From Octopus bimaculoides (lineage: Eukaryota): 64,000 bases of DNA. The notes below the pieces were generated by a model. It was not told where the DNA came from. It saw only the letters and a program-made list of their open reading frames with translations, and did not search any database. Position 1 is the first letter of the stretch, and each line of letters begins with the position of its first letter. The position numbers and the translations under genes are program-made. The stretch covers positions 53,120,704-53,184,703 of the forward strand of contig NC_068988.1 in NCBI RefSeq assembly GCF_001194135.2, read 5' to 3'. Of this stretch, positions 25,836 through 37,813 are shown one piece after another.

Positions 25836-25964
25836 AATCTCACTTTGCAACCACAGTTTCAGGTTCAGTCCCACTCCACAGTACATTGGACAAAGTTGGC
25901 CCTGAACCAACCAATGTCTAGTGAGTGAATTTCGTAGGCAGAAACTCTGTTGAAGCCCTTCGTG

Positions 25965-26006
<42 letters not shown>

Positions 26007-26217
26007 TCATCATGTAACCCCGTGGGCATCGGTACCATTTTCCTCTTTCTCCGTTCTTCCANNNNNNNNNNNNNNNNNNNNNNNNNNNNNNNNNNNNNNN
26101 NNNNNNNNNNNNNNNNNNNNNNNNNNNNNNNNNNNNNNNNNNNNNNNNNNNNNNNNNNNNNNNNNNNNNNNNNNNNNNNNNNNNNNNNNNNNNNNNNNNN
26201 NNNNNNNNNNNNNNNNN

Positions 26218-26267
<50 letters not shown>

Positions 26268-26771
26268 TATGTTTATGTGTCTTTATGTCTGTGTTTGTCT
26301 CCACCACTGCTTGACAACTGATGTTCTTTTATTTATGTCCCTATGACTTTGTAGTTCCACAATATAGGCCAATAAAATAAGTGCCAAATTTTAAAAAAAA
26401 AAGTGCCAGGGTTGATTTGTTTGACTAAAACTTTTCAAGGCAGTACTCCAGCATGGCCACAGTCCAGTGACCGAAACAAATATAAAATAGAAGATATTCA
26501 ATAATGTCCTAAATAACTGCAACAATCACCTACTCAAAGAATGTAACTGTCTTAGTTAATATGGAAAAATGAATATTTAAAACGGTAATAAAAACGAAAA
26601 AGAAAGAGAACATTATTATAAAAACCATGTCATATATTTTGAAATGTTCATATTTCTTTATAATAATTATAATAGTTAGATGTCAGTGCAACAGACAACT
26701 TTGAATGTTGAGGTTACGGTGTATAGCTTTCTGTTTAGTCATGATTCCAACAAGCTGTAATTGGGATGTAG

Positions 26772-26811
26772 TCGGAAGTGGTAAAGATAAAGTCTTAATT
26801 GGCCGGAAGTG
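26772..26811. promoter_or_regulatory. Twin ETS/GABP-type motifs, candidate housekeeping or bidirectional promoter
   Basis: TCGGAAGTG at 26772-26780 and CCGGAAGTG at 26803-26811, in unique CpG-containing sequence within an otherwise CpG-poor region. Confidence 0.45.
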
Positions 26812-26960
26812 GCGGTTGAGATTGTCACAGCATGAAAGGCTTTCTATTAGATGAGGTGTTACTTTCTTCTACTTCACCTCCACTTTACATTATCTTCAGT
26901 CTCTCTCTTTCTATCTCTATCTCCCTCTCTTTCTCCCTTTCTTGTTCTCCTTCACTTTCA

Positions 26961-27018
<58 letters not shown>

Positions 27019-27871
27019 NNNNNNNNNNNNNNNNNNNNNNNNNNNNNNNNNNNNNNNNNNNNNNNNNNNNNNNNNNNNNNNNNNNNNNNNNNNNNNNNNN
27101 NNNNNNNNNNNNNNNNNNNNNNNNNNNNNNNNNNNNNNNNNNNNNNNNNNNNNNNNNNNNNNNNNNNNNNNNNNNNNNNNNNNNNNNNNNNNNNNNNNNN
27201 NNNNNNNNNNNNNNNNNNNNNNNNNNNNNNNNNNNNNNNNNNNNNNNNNNNNNNNNNNNNNNNNNNNNNNNNNNNNNNNNNNNNNNNNNNNNNNNNNNNN
27301 NNNNNNNNNNNNNNNNNNNNNNNNNNNNNNNNNNNNNNNNNNNNNNNNNNNNNNNNNNNNNNNNNNNNNNNNNNNNNNNNNNNNNNNNNNNNNNNNNNNN
27401 NNNNNNNNNNNNNNNNNNNNNNNNNNNNNNNNNNNNNNNNNNNNNNNNNNNNNNNNNNNNNNNNNNNNNNNNNNNNNNNNNNNNNNNNNNNNNNNNNNNN
27501 NNNNNNNNNNNNNNNNNNNNNNNNNNNNNNNNNNNNNNNNNNNNNNNNNNNNNNNNNNNNNNNNNNNNNNNNNNNNNNNNNCACACACACACACACACAC
27601 ACACACGCATATATATATATATATGATGGGCTTCTTTCAGTTTCCATCTACCAAATCCACTCACAAGGTTTTGGTCAGCCCGAGGCTATTGTATAAGAAA
27701 CTTGCCCAAGGTGCCATGCAGTGGGACTGAACCCAGAACCATGTGGTTGGTAAGCAAGCTACTTATGACACAGCCACTCCTGTGCCTGTATATGTATGTA
27801 TGTGTATATATATATTGATAGAAAGGACAACAAAAGAAAGAAAGAGACCTCGATATGTAAATAGAGGAATT

Positions 27872-28056
27872 TATCTGTAAAGATATGTGACACTTATTCG
27901 GTAGCCCTGATAAAACTCCGATTTTCAAAGGCGGGGGTGGGAACCCACACCAACCCATGATAACTGAAGAGATGTTGGCGTGGGTTCCCACCACGGCATC
28001 CGAAACTCAGAATTTTATCATGCCTACCGAATAAGTGTCACATATTTTTACAGATA
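27872..28056. mobile_element. Palindromic foldback element (about 83-bp arms), probably Penelope-like/retrozyme-derived
   Basis: The left arm atctgtaaagatatgtgacacttattcggtag...gggaacccacaccaac is the reverse complement of the right arm, with about 19 nt of spacer. Confidence 0.7.
27956..28022 (+). ncRNA. Type-I hammerhead ribozyme-like motif
   Basis: Helix I CAUGAUAA/UUAUCAUG (8 bp), core CUGAAGA at 27964-27970, helix II GAUGUUG/CGGCAUC plus GUGG/CCAC, GAAAC at 28002-28006. Helix III is imperfect (C-A mismatch; the opposite arm has G there). Confidence 0.55.
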
Positions 28057-28975
28057 TATATATATATATGCGAGTAAAAATAAATACAAAAAAAGGGGTT
28101 TTGTATGATTGTGTATAGAGGAATATATTATTTTGTTTAAAAGAGTTCCAACACTGTCTGTTTTTTATGTTTTATTTATATTCCTGCAAAACCAATGTGG
28201 GATATAGAATATGGAATATACAATATGTAATATAAAATAAAAATGGATGGTACAATGAAATAAAGTATTGAATGTCTTATTGAATATATGGAATATGTCT
28301 TATTGAATAGATGAAATATTGAGTGTTCAATATAAAGGATTAAATNNNNNNNNNNNNNNNNNNNNNNNNNNNNNNNNNNNNNNNNNNNNNNNNNNNNNNN
28401 NNNNNNNNNNNNNNNNNNNNNNNNNNNNNNNNNNNNNNNNNNNNNNNNNNNNNNNNNNNNNNNNNNNNNNNNNNNNNNNNNNNNNNNNNNNNNNNNNNNN
28501 NNNNNNNNNNNNNNNNNNNNNNNNNNNNNNNNNNNNNNNNNNNNNNNNNNNNNNNNNNNNNNNNNNNNNNNNNNNNNNNNNNNNNNNNNNNNNNNNNNNN
28601 NNNNNNNNNNNNNNNNNNNNNNNNNNNNNNNNNNNNNNNNNNNNNNNNNNNNNNNNNNNNNNNNNNNNNNNNNNNNNNNNNNNNNNNNNNNNNNNNNNNN
28701 NNNNNNNNNNNNNNNNNNNNNNNNNNNNNNNNNNNNNNNNNNNNNNNNNNNNNNNNNNNNNNNNNNNNNNNNNNNNNNNNNNNNNNNNNNNNNNNNNNNN
28801 NNNNNNNNNNNNNNNNNNNNNNNNNNNNNNNNNNNNNNNNNNNNNNNNNNNNNNNNNNNNNNNNNNNNNNNNNNNNNNNNNNNTATATATAGTGTCAGTG
28901 TATCATATATCCAAAATAGAAGCACACTCTAAAGTATAGAGCAATAATGTACTTATATTCAGTTGTATCCAGTCA

Positions 28976-29039
28976 TACAGTGACCAATGGTTTTGCATCC
29001 ATAAGGCACTTAGCCCTATGGATGACTCAGCAGAGCCTA
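28976..29039 (-). ncRNA. Inverted, more degenerate second copy of the same hammerhead-like motif
   Basis: Minus strand reads CUGCUGA-GUCAUCCAUAGGG...CCUUAUGGAUGC-AAAAC-CAUUG-GUC. It is intact at the positions mutated in the plus-strand copy. Confidence 0.55.
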
Positions 29040-29090
29040 TTGGCGGAGTGTGTACTCCTCTTCAAACTGGAGGCATATGCCCTTCACCAT

Positions 29091-29154
29091 CAGAGTCTGA
29101 TGTGTCATCCATAAGGCTAAGCACCTTATGGATGTGAAACCATTGGTCACTCTG
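29091..29154 (+). ncRNA. Type-I hammerhead ribozyme-like motif (degenerate copy)
   Basis: Helix I CAGAGU/ACUCUG, core CUGAUGU (A9 to U), 11-bp helix II CAUCCAUAAGG/CCUUAUGGAUG, GAAAC, helix III ACC-AUU-GGU, GUC cleavage triplet at 29146-29148. Confidence 0.7.
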
Positions 29155-29329
29155 TGACTGGACATATGCTTATATATATATTTATATATATATATACATA
29201 CAACAGGTTTCTTCTGTGTGTTAGTGTATGTGTGTGTATGTATGTTTATACCCACCACTTGACAACCAGTATTGGTTTATTTACATCCCTGTGACTAAGT
29301 GTTTCAACATAAAAGGTCCATAGAATAAG

Positions 29330-29551
29330 GCAGTGAGCTGGTGAAATAGTTAGCACGCCGCGCGAAATGCTTAGCAGTATTTCGTCTGCCCTGAGTTCAA
29401 ATTTCACCGATGTCGACTTTGCCTTTCATCCTTTCAGGGTCGATAAATTAAGTACCAGTTACGCACTGGAGTTGATGTAATCGACTTAATCACTCTGTCT
29501 GTCCTTGTTTGTCCCCTTTATGTTTAGCCCCTTGTGGGCAATAAAGAAATA
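29330..29551 (+). mobile_element. tRNA-headed SINE (family B: ggcagtgagctggcagaa...gagttcaaattcc...gtcgactttgcctttcatcctttc) inserted in a family A copy
   Basis: TSD agaataag at 29322-29329 and 29552-29559. Other copies at about 2990, 5255, 6635, 7280, 7520, 37130 (-), 41700, 42910 (-), 47080 and 49920. Confidence 0.8.
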
Positions 29552-30852
29552 AGAATAAGTGCAGAGCTTTTAAAACAAAAAAGTGCTGGGCTCCATTTGT
29601 TTGACTAAAACCCTTTGAGGTAATGCTCTAGCATGGCCACAGTCTAGTGTCTGAAACAACTTAAACATAAAACATTGATTATTATTTTTGAAGTGAAGAT
29701 ATTTTTAAGTAAATCTTTTTCCAAAGCTGACCGAGTGATCAAATGGAAAGTTATGGATGTCAGTTGGGTTTTATCGTTTTATTTTATTTGTTAAAATCCC
29801 ATTGAAGCTAACTTTAATTTTAATCTGTTCAGGGGTCAGTAAAATAAAGTGCCAGTCAAGAGCTTGTGTTGTTTTAATAAACTACACTCTTCCCCCACCA
29901 CCCTCCAAATTTCTGGCCCTGGATCAATCGTGGAAATTATTATTTAACTAGGCAATTTGTATCAGTTATATTTTTATTTGAGTATATAGTATTTAACTTA
30001 CATTTTGTCTAATAATGTATAGGGAGGGAGTAGAGGAGCTTGTGTAAAGGCCAAATTGATAATGAGGACAACGGCGTTGGTGGCGGTGCTGGTGCTGCTG
30101 CTGTTGCTGATGCTTATGGTGGTGTTGGTAATGGTGGCGTCAGTGTTGGTGGTTATGTATTTGTGTGTATGTGCTGGTATTCGAAGATTATTACATTGTA
30201 CACTTATCTACTTTGTGTGTGTATGTGTGGCTGTATATGTGTGTGTTATGTTACACTGTACAACACAAACTGTAGAAGTAGATTTGCTCTAAGATTAAAT
30301 GTGGAAAAGGTGAGAATGATATATTTATTGTCCTTGTTGCTAAGCAACGCCATGTCTGACCTCACTGAACAAACCAATAATCAAAGCCGTTCCAACCATG
30401 ACCACCCGATTCTTCTCTCAGACATTTAAATATCTAGCTTCATATTATCCTCTCTCATCCCTTATAAAAACTAGGATGTAATTTGAGGCAGATTTAGCTG
30501 ATATTTCCCTAGATGGCTTATGAGAATAATATTTTGTGTAAAGGTCAGAGAGTGTTTAAGGGATTATTGGATGAGTGGGACATCACTGGAGAGTTTATTT
30601 CAAACACTACCTAAATTAGTGGTCACTATTTGCACCTCTCTTTTGCAGTAACCTTTTCATGTTCTGGTAGGTCAAAAAATATAATTTTAGGTACAGGCAT
30701 GGTTGTGTGGTTAAGAAGCTTGCTTTGCAGCCATGTAGCTTCGGGTTCAGTCCCACTCTGTGGCACCTGAGGCAAGTGACTTATGGTAAAGCCCCTGGTT
30801 AACCAATGCCTTGTGATTGAATTTGATTGACAGAGACTGTGTGGAAGCCTGT

Positions 30853-30894
<42 letters not shown>

Positions 30895-30897
<3 letters not shown>

Positions 30898-32154
30898 CAG
30901 ATCAATAAGAATGAAATGTCCAATTTTGAACTGAAAGTTTATTTTACTTTATCTCAACAAAAAGCAATGCAGTTAATCAAAGTATGCACCTAAATTATCA
31001 ACACAATCTTGCCATTTTATCGGTAGTTTATTTATGCCAGCAACAAAGAATTCTGGAGAGTAAGAGGTGATAAAATCATGAAAGGCTGTTTTTGCATCTT
31101 CAGATTTGAAGTTTTTCCTGGCAAAAAATTGTCTAATGCCTGGAAAACATGATAGTCAGTTGGTGTAAAGTCTGGTGAATATGGTGGATGACAGAATACT
31201 TCCAAGTTCAATTCCTGTAACTTCAGTTGCATTCTTCGTGCAACATGTGGTCAAGCATTGTCTTGCAAGAGAATTAGCCTGTCTCTGTTGATCAATCTTG
31301 GTTGTTTAATTGCAAGTTCATTCATCATTTCATCCAACTGGTTGATGTATACATCCACTGTAATTGACTTACCAGGTTTCATGAAGCTGTAGTGAATGTC
31401 ACCAGCACTGGACCACCAAACAAACACCATTAGCTTTTTTTGGTGAATATTCTTTTTTGGATTGTGCTTTGACATTTCATCTCTATCCAACCACTGTGCA
31501 GAACACTTGCTATCGTTGAAAAGAATCCATTTTTCAACACACATAACAATATGATGCAAAAATGGCTCACTTTTATGCTGTGACAGCAAAGAACAGCAAG
31601 TTTCAAGATGATGTGTCATTTGATGCTCGTTCAGTTCATGTGGTACCCACTTGTCCAGCTTCTTTACCTTGCTGATTTTCTTCAGATGGTCCAGTAGAGT
31701 TTGCTGTTAACTCATGCATAGTTTGAGATGTATCTGCTGCAACTACAGTTTCCAGCTCATCACTATCCACCTTGGTTTCAGATCTACCACGGGGCTGATT
31801 TCCAAGAGTAAAAGTCATCAGACCGGAACTTCTAAAACCATCGACATACAGTGCGCTCATTCGCTACATCTTCACCAAACACTTCATTGATGTTTAGAGC
31901 TGTCTGAGATGGATTGGTTCCATGATGGAACTCATATTCATAAACAACATGAATTTTTGATCTATCCATGGGCTCACAAAAATTGATTTACAAGAGAAAA
32001 CTCACAATATAAATCAGACACCATGAATTGCATTTCAAAACGTGATGATATAACTCTTCAATGTTGTAAAACAAAGAATTGTCAGGATTAGAGTTAACAA
32101 CTGTCAAACTCGATGCATAAGAAAATCGAACACTTCATTCTTAATGACTTGACA
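30895..32154 (-). mobile_element. Near full-length decayed mariner (D34D type), about 1.26 kb, inserted in (TA)n
   Basis: ATG at 31969 (MDRSKIHVVYEYEFHHGTN...), IVMCVEKW (first catalytic Asp lost), HQKKLMVFVWWS, LLQDNA, HPPYSPDFTPTDYH. Diverged TIRs at both ends; contains stops and frameshifts. Confidence 0.9.
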
Positions 32155-35100
32155 TATATATATACACACACACACATATATATGTTTTTGTCTCCCCTCC
32201 ACCATTTGGCAACTGGTGTTGGTTTGTTTATGCCTCAGTAACTTTGTGGTTTTCCAAAAGAGACTGAATGAATAATTACTTGACTTAAAAAGTAAGCACC
32301 GGCATCAATTTGTTTGATTAAACCCCAGCATGGCCACAGTCTAAAGACTGAAATAAGTAAAAGTTTAAAGATAAAAAATAAGTGCAATTAGAACACATTT
32401 TCCAGGAGTATGACACAAGAGTATTTTCTTAACCATACATGAACCATACTTGAAGCTGAGTTTAAATGATCTATGATGCCTATTGATGATGAATAAACAA
32501 CTCTGACTGATTCTAGCTTGTATGACTGTGTACTGGCAGTATAGCTGTTACAGTTGTGGTAAGCCAGTCAGAATTTATAAATGAACTAAATTGCACTTCA
32601 TTAAAATGCTTATAGTAAACTGTGAGTTACAGGGTAAAACTGGAGAAACAATAATTTGCTGACCTATCAAACCCTTATATTAATAAAAACCCAATCTAAA
32701 AATGTGGATGACGTAAGTATGAGTAGTAACGATATAATTTACAGTATAATTAGTAATTTAACCCGTTCTATGATATTTGCTTTTAAACACTGATGAGGCC
32801 GCTACTGGAAAACATTAACATGTTAGAAATCCATTCTGGTCTCTCCTTTATTTGCTTTCCAGCAAAGCAAGTCGTTAATTCTTATCACCTAAAAGGTTTG
32901 AAACAACAACCTTGCAGTTACTAATCATAGCTGTTTCTTCTGAGTTGCCAAGTCTTTGTGTGGAGTTTGATGTCAGTTCATACACATTATAACACAGTTG
33001 TCTCTGTTTGATCTCTCACTCTAAAAGGAATCTGATGAAGTAGAAAATAAAATTGCTTTGATAGCAAAATCTACTTAAAAAGCTTTTCTTTTTTATAGTC
33101 TACTTTTCTACTGCAGCTTGGGTCATGTATGAGTCACCAGTTCTGTTTTTTTTTTTATATACACTGTCAGACAGTGATGTAAATTTACTAACATGATGTC
33201 TGTCCTCAAGTCATCTGAAGCTGTACATTTCCACAATCAGTCTTCACAAACACAGAAAATAGTCACACTATCATTTTAGTTTATTAAAATGTATACAATT
33301 AGTCAAAATATTTTTACTGTCAAATACTCAAGAGTAACATGTTAAATTCTTAGCTCACTTGAGTTTAAAAGTCTGTTTCAATTTTCAGTTGGAATAAATC
33401 ACTCTTCTCATGCTGCTGATATTACTAAGAATATATCATGTAACTTTCAAACATTTCTCTTTCCAATATTTCTTGTTTGTTTGATGCTTAGTATGGGGTG
33501 CAGTTGAAAGTATTATTCCTCTGTAAAAAATTTAAAAAAAGAGTTTTTATTGTTATTTTAATGTTTTTCATTTTTAATTGAATGACAAAAATGTTGTGGG
33601 TATTTAGATTTCCCCTTGTCATGTAGAACTTCAACAAGGACAAGCTTGCCACCATTATAACCCAAGAACTATTGCTGCTCATACTTTTTAATTATTGCCC
33701 CCTGCCTCTTTTGTTAACTCTTTCTCAGCACTTCCTTGCTATGATTCATCAAAATTAAGTTCATCACATGTAGATATAGATATTTATATGCATGTAATTC
33801 AGGAAGTTACTTAATACTACAAGAACGGTGTCTATTTAATGCATGCATGGGAATACTCACAAATTTTGACAATGTCTTCTAAATTTTATTTTTGCTTATG
33901 GCTTATAATTCAAATGCATAAGTGATATATATTTGGTTCAGTTTATTTACTTATTTATATTTTGAAGCTTGTTGTTGTTGTTGTTATTGTGGTTGTTGTT
34001 GTAGTTATGATTGTGGCTAACAAGCAGTTTATCGTAATATGACATTTATTATTTTTTAAGTTAATATTTAACTAGGAGACAAAGACTAAAATTAACTGTA
34101 CAGATGCATCTATCACTTTCCTCACTGCTCCTTCTGTTTCTATTATCCATGTAAAGTTTTCCATCTCACCCAGGATGTGGTATCTGGATTCCTGCAGTTG
34201 TAGTCAAGAATTTGCATCTTAGTTAGCTTACATGAAATGATGTTTTTCATATTAGGGCTGCAGCTATAGTAAACTTATATGGAATATCTGTTGAAGATTT
34301 TGCTATATCTATGGCTATTAGGGAAATGTTTATCTATCAGGGCTAAAATATTTTACCTGCATTAGTAACACGATCTCTGCCATCAAACCAAATGAAAAAC
34401 TTAGCTATATGCACAGTCTTGTCATTCCTCTATTATCACTGAAAACCTAATAGCTAACATTAGTAGTAGGATCTGTAACTTTTCCTCTAAAGAAATTTTT
34501 GATAAGCCTACTGGCTACTATAGTAGTACGTGGCCAACAGTGATTTTTTATACAAAATATTATACACCCAAATCTAAAAATATACCAAGCTGAGAAATAG
34601 ACCTAGGAAAGTAATATACCATCATTATGGTCATCATCGTCATTATTTAATGTCCATTTTCCATATTGGCATGGGTTGGACAGTTTGACAGGACCCAGTA
34701 AGCCACAGGGCTGCATTGTGCTCCATGTCAGTTTTGGCATGGTTTCTATGGCTGGATGTCCTTCCTAATGCTAACCACTTTACAATGTGTACTGGGTGCT
34801 GTTTTTGTGCCTTCAACACTAGAGGGGTTGCTAAATAATTTGTAAGAAAAGAAAGAACAACAATAGAGATAAAGGAAAAAAGCCGTTTGAACTAAGTGAG
34901 GGGAGAATTTGAGAGGGTGGAATGGTGATTTTATACCAGGGACTAGCAGTTATAGGTGTCTTGCTACAGAGAAGATACATGGCTACATGTCATTCATATA
35001 AAGGTGGGCGGGAATATCTGGGTAAAGCTAAAGTGGTAGTGATAGGGTGCCAGAGCAAAACCCTGAAGAAACAAGAGATCGTACAAGCAGTGGATCAGCT

Positions 35101-35600
35101 GTGGATTGGCAGTGGATCAGCAGTGTATTGGCAGTTGGAGAGTGTGAAGGGAGAATACCAGATGGTTAAAGATGGGAGTAGAAGTGATTGTAGTGAGTGA
35201 TGACAGGAGTGGATGTGCAGTTTGATGAGGATTATCAGTATGAGCAGAGGAGTGGTGGTAAGATGAGAGAGATAGGAGTGGCTTAGGGATGGTACTTCAG
35301 GAGGTAGGCATAAAAGCAGTGGGCAGGGAAATGTAGAAGTACATAAAGGGCAGGCATAGTGAATGGGTGTGGTGGCAAACATGAGAGGGTGCTGGGAATG
35401 ATAGCCAATATGCAAGGTGTTAAGATGAAGCTTAATAGAGGAGTGGTGGTGGTGGTGGAGAAGTGGGAAAACAGTGGTAAATGCTACCAGGTCATATTCA
35501 TTTATGATTGATGGGTATGGTTGCTTTGTCTGTTTATATGTATTTGTGTATATACATATATATAAACAAATACATATGTGTGTGTATGCAGATATGTGTA

Positions 35601-35669
<69 letters not shown>

Positions 35670-35928
35670 ATATATATACATGTATATGTACATATATATA
35701 TGTATGTATGTATATATGTATGTATATGTATGTATGTGTATGTATGTATGTATGTATGTATGAATATATATATATCAAATTCGGTTATGGGAAATGTTTT
35801 GAATATGCAAATAAAGTTCCTATTCCATTATGCTGGCCACAGTCTAATGATACTAACTGGTGAACCAGGTTTTTGGGTTGCATCAAGCTGTACTGATATA
35901 ATGTAGGATAAATATAATAATAATAACA

Positions 35929-36202
35929 ATAATCCTTGAATGGAATTTATTAACATTTAATGCATCGCTACATGTGTTTCCAGAAACCACATGTCTCTTA
36001 AGATCACAGTCCATATTCCCGGGATGATTCCAGTGTAGTCTGCAGTATCCGTGGACATTGGGTAAATCATCTTCATGGATTCATTCTTCAGATTACACTG
36101 TAATCATCCCAGCAATATAGACTACTCGTAAGAGACATGCGATTTGTGGAAACGCATGTAGCGATGCATTAAATACATTTATAAATTTCATTCTAGGATT
36201 AT
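35929..36202. mobile_element. Foldback/MITE-like element with about 115-bp inverted arms, inserted in an (AAT)n-like tract
   Basis: ataatccttgaatggaatttattaacatttaatgcatcgctacatg... is the reverse complement of ...catgtagcgatgcattaaatacatttataaatttcattctaggattat. Central spacer is about 45 nt. Confidence 0.75.
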
Positions 36203-36261
36203 TATCATTACTATATATATATGTACACACACACACACACACACACATCATCATCACCATC

Positions 36262-36910
36262 ATCATCATCATCGTTTAATGTCTGCTTTCCATGCTGGCA
36301 TGGGTTGGACAGCTTGACTGAAGACTTGCAAGCCAGGTGGCTGCACCAGGCTCCAATATGATCTGGCAAGGTTTCTACAGCTGGATGCCCTTCCTAATGC
36401 CAACCACTCCGAGAGTGTGTGTAGTGGGTGCTTTTTACATGCCACCAGCATGGGAGCCAGCCAAATGGCACTGGCATCAATCATGCTCGAATGGTGCTTT
36501 CTATGTGCCACTGGCATTGGCCACAACTACGAATTCACTTGACTGACCAGGATTTCTCAAGCATAGCATATTGCCCAACAATTGAAGGGTACTTTTTAAA
36601 CTGGCCAGTTATGTGACACTTGCATCAGTCATGGCGACAATCTCCCTTAGCTTGTTGAGTCCTCTCAAGCACAACATATCTCCAGAGGTTTCACTTGCTT
36701 CTCATTGCCTCTGTGAGACCCAACGTTCAATGGTCATGCTTCACCACCTAATCCCATGTTTTCCTGGGTCTACCTCTTCCACAGGTTCCCTCTACTGTTA
36801 GGGTGTGACACTTTTTCACACAGCTGTCCTCATCTATATGCAACACATGACCATACCAGTGCAGTCATCTCTTGCACACCACATCTGATGCTTCTTATGT
36901 CCAACTTTTC
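36262..36910 (-). mobile_element. RTE LINE 3' fragment (RT C-terminus, 3'UTR and (GAT)n tail)
   Basis: Minus strand reads WYGHVLHIDEDSCVKKCHTLTVEGTCGRGRPRKTW, followed by the common tail ending in (gat)n. Confidence 0.75.
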
Positions 36911-37041
36911 TGAGTGAACCAGAGCAACATGAAATAAAGTAATTTGCTCAAAAACACAACACACAGCCCAGTCTAGGAATTGAACTCACTACCCCATGAT
37001 TGTGAGCCCGACACTCTAATCACTGGGCCATGTGCCATCAC

Positions 37042-37088
<47 letters not shown>

Positions 37089-37813
37089 TCACTCACACAC
37101 ATATATATCTATAATTATTTCAAATTTTTTTCCACAAGGGCCGCTTGGGGAGGTGGGGATGTGTGTAACTGGTACTGGATGAAAGGCAAAGTCAACCTCG
37201 GTGGAATATGAACTCGGAACATAGTGGCAGACGAAATAATGCCAAGCATTTCACCCGGCGTGCTAATAATTCTGCTAGCTCACCCTATATATATATATTA
37301 TATTTAAAAAATACAAAATGGGACAAGAACACAAAACATCCAGACAGTTAGGTGATACAAAAATGGACAACAAAACATCCAGATAGACGATACAAAGAAA
37401 ACAATGACAGGTCATTCAAAGTTTTCTTTCCTCAGTCGAGTACCAGATTATCTTTGCAATTTTGGCTGATTATACTTGAGATTGTTCCAATCTGGCCAGC
37501 CCCAAGGAAAAAACTAAGCTAAGAGCATTAGATTCCTTGGAAGAAAGCAGCGAATGTATACAAAAGCAAGGACGGAAAAAAAACGGACAATGTTACACAA
37601 ATGTAATAAAATGATAACAGGACATAGCAACAGGTGAACTTCTATGCAGTATCCTTTTACCAATTTCATTGATAGAGCATTGGCTGGCCTGAGACTAAAG
37701 TAAAGGACATGCAGCAAGATAGATGTCAAAAGGTATGTGGTAAGAAAGCAAACTCTGTATCCACACATCCTTGCCTGTTTATCAGAAATCAGTAAAGAAG
37801 CATTTTGGGTTAA

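Larger units (their letters stand above)
28966..29164. mobile_element. Palindromic foldback element (about 95-bp arms, about 9-nt loop) with an internal hairpin in each arm
   Basis: tccagtcatacagtgaccaatggttt... is the reverse complement of ...aaaccattggtcactctgtgactgga. Pairing continues, more weakly, up to the loop ttcaaactg. Confidence 0.75.

Noticed and set aside
32789-32845. CTGATGAGGCC...GAAA...GGTC hammerhead-like words
   Set aside because: No closing helix II and no helix I pairing.
37400-37442. Minus-strand CUGAGGA-AAG-AAAA-CUUU-GAAU-GACCU-GUC
   Set aside because: GAAU instead of GAAA and no helix I complementarity; at best a heavily decayed motif.
37675-37731. Possible upstream MSH5 exon (SIGWPETKVKDMQQDRCQK|GTATGT); also the donor GAC|GTAAGT near 32711
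   Set aside because: Phase-compatible, but no homology and weak acceptors; cannot be distinguished from chance.
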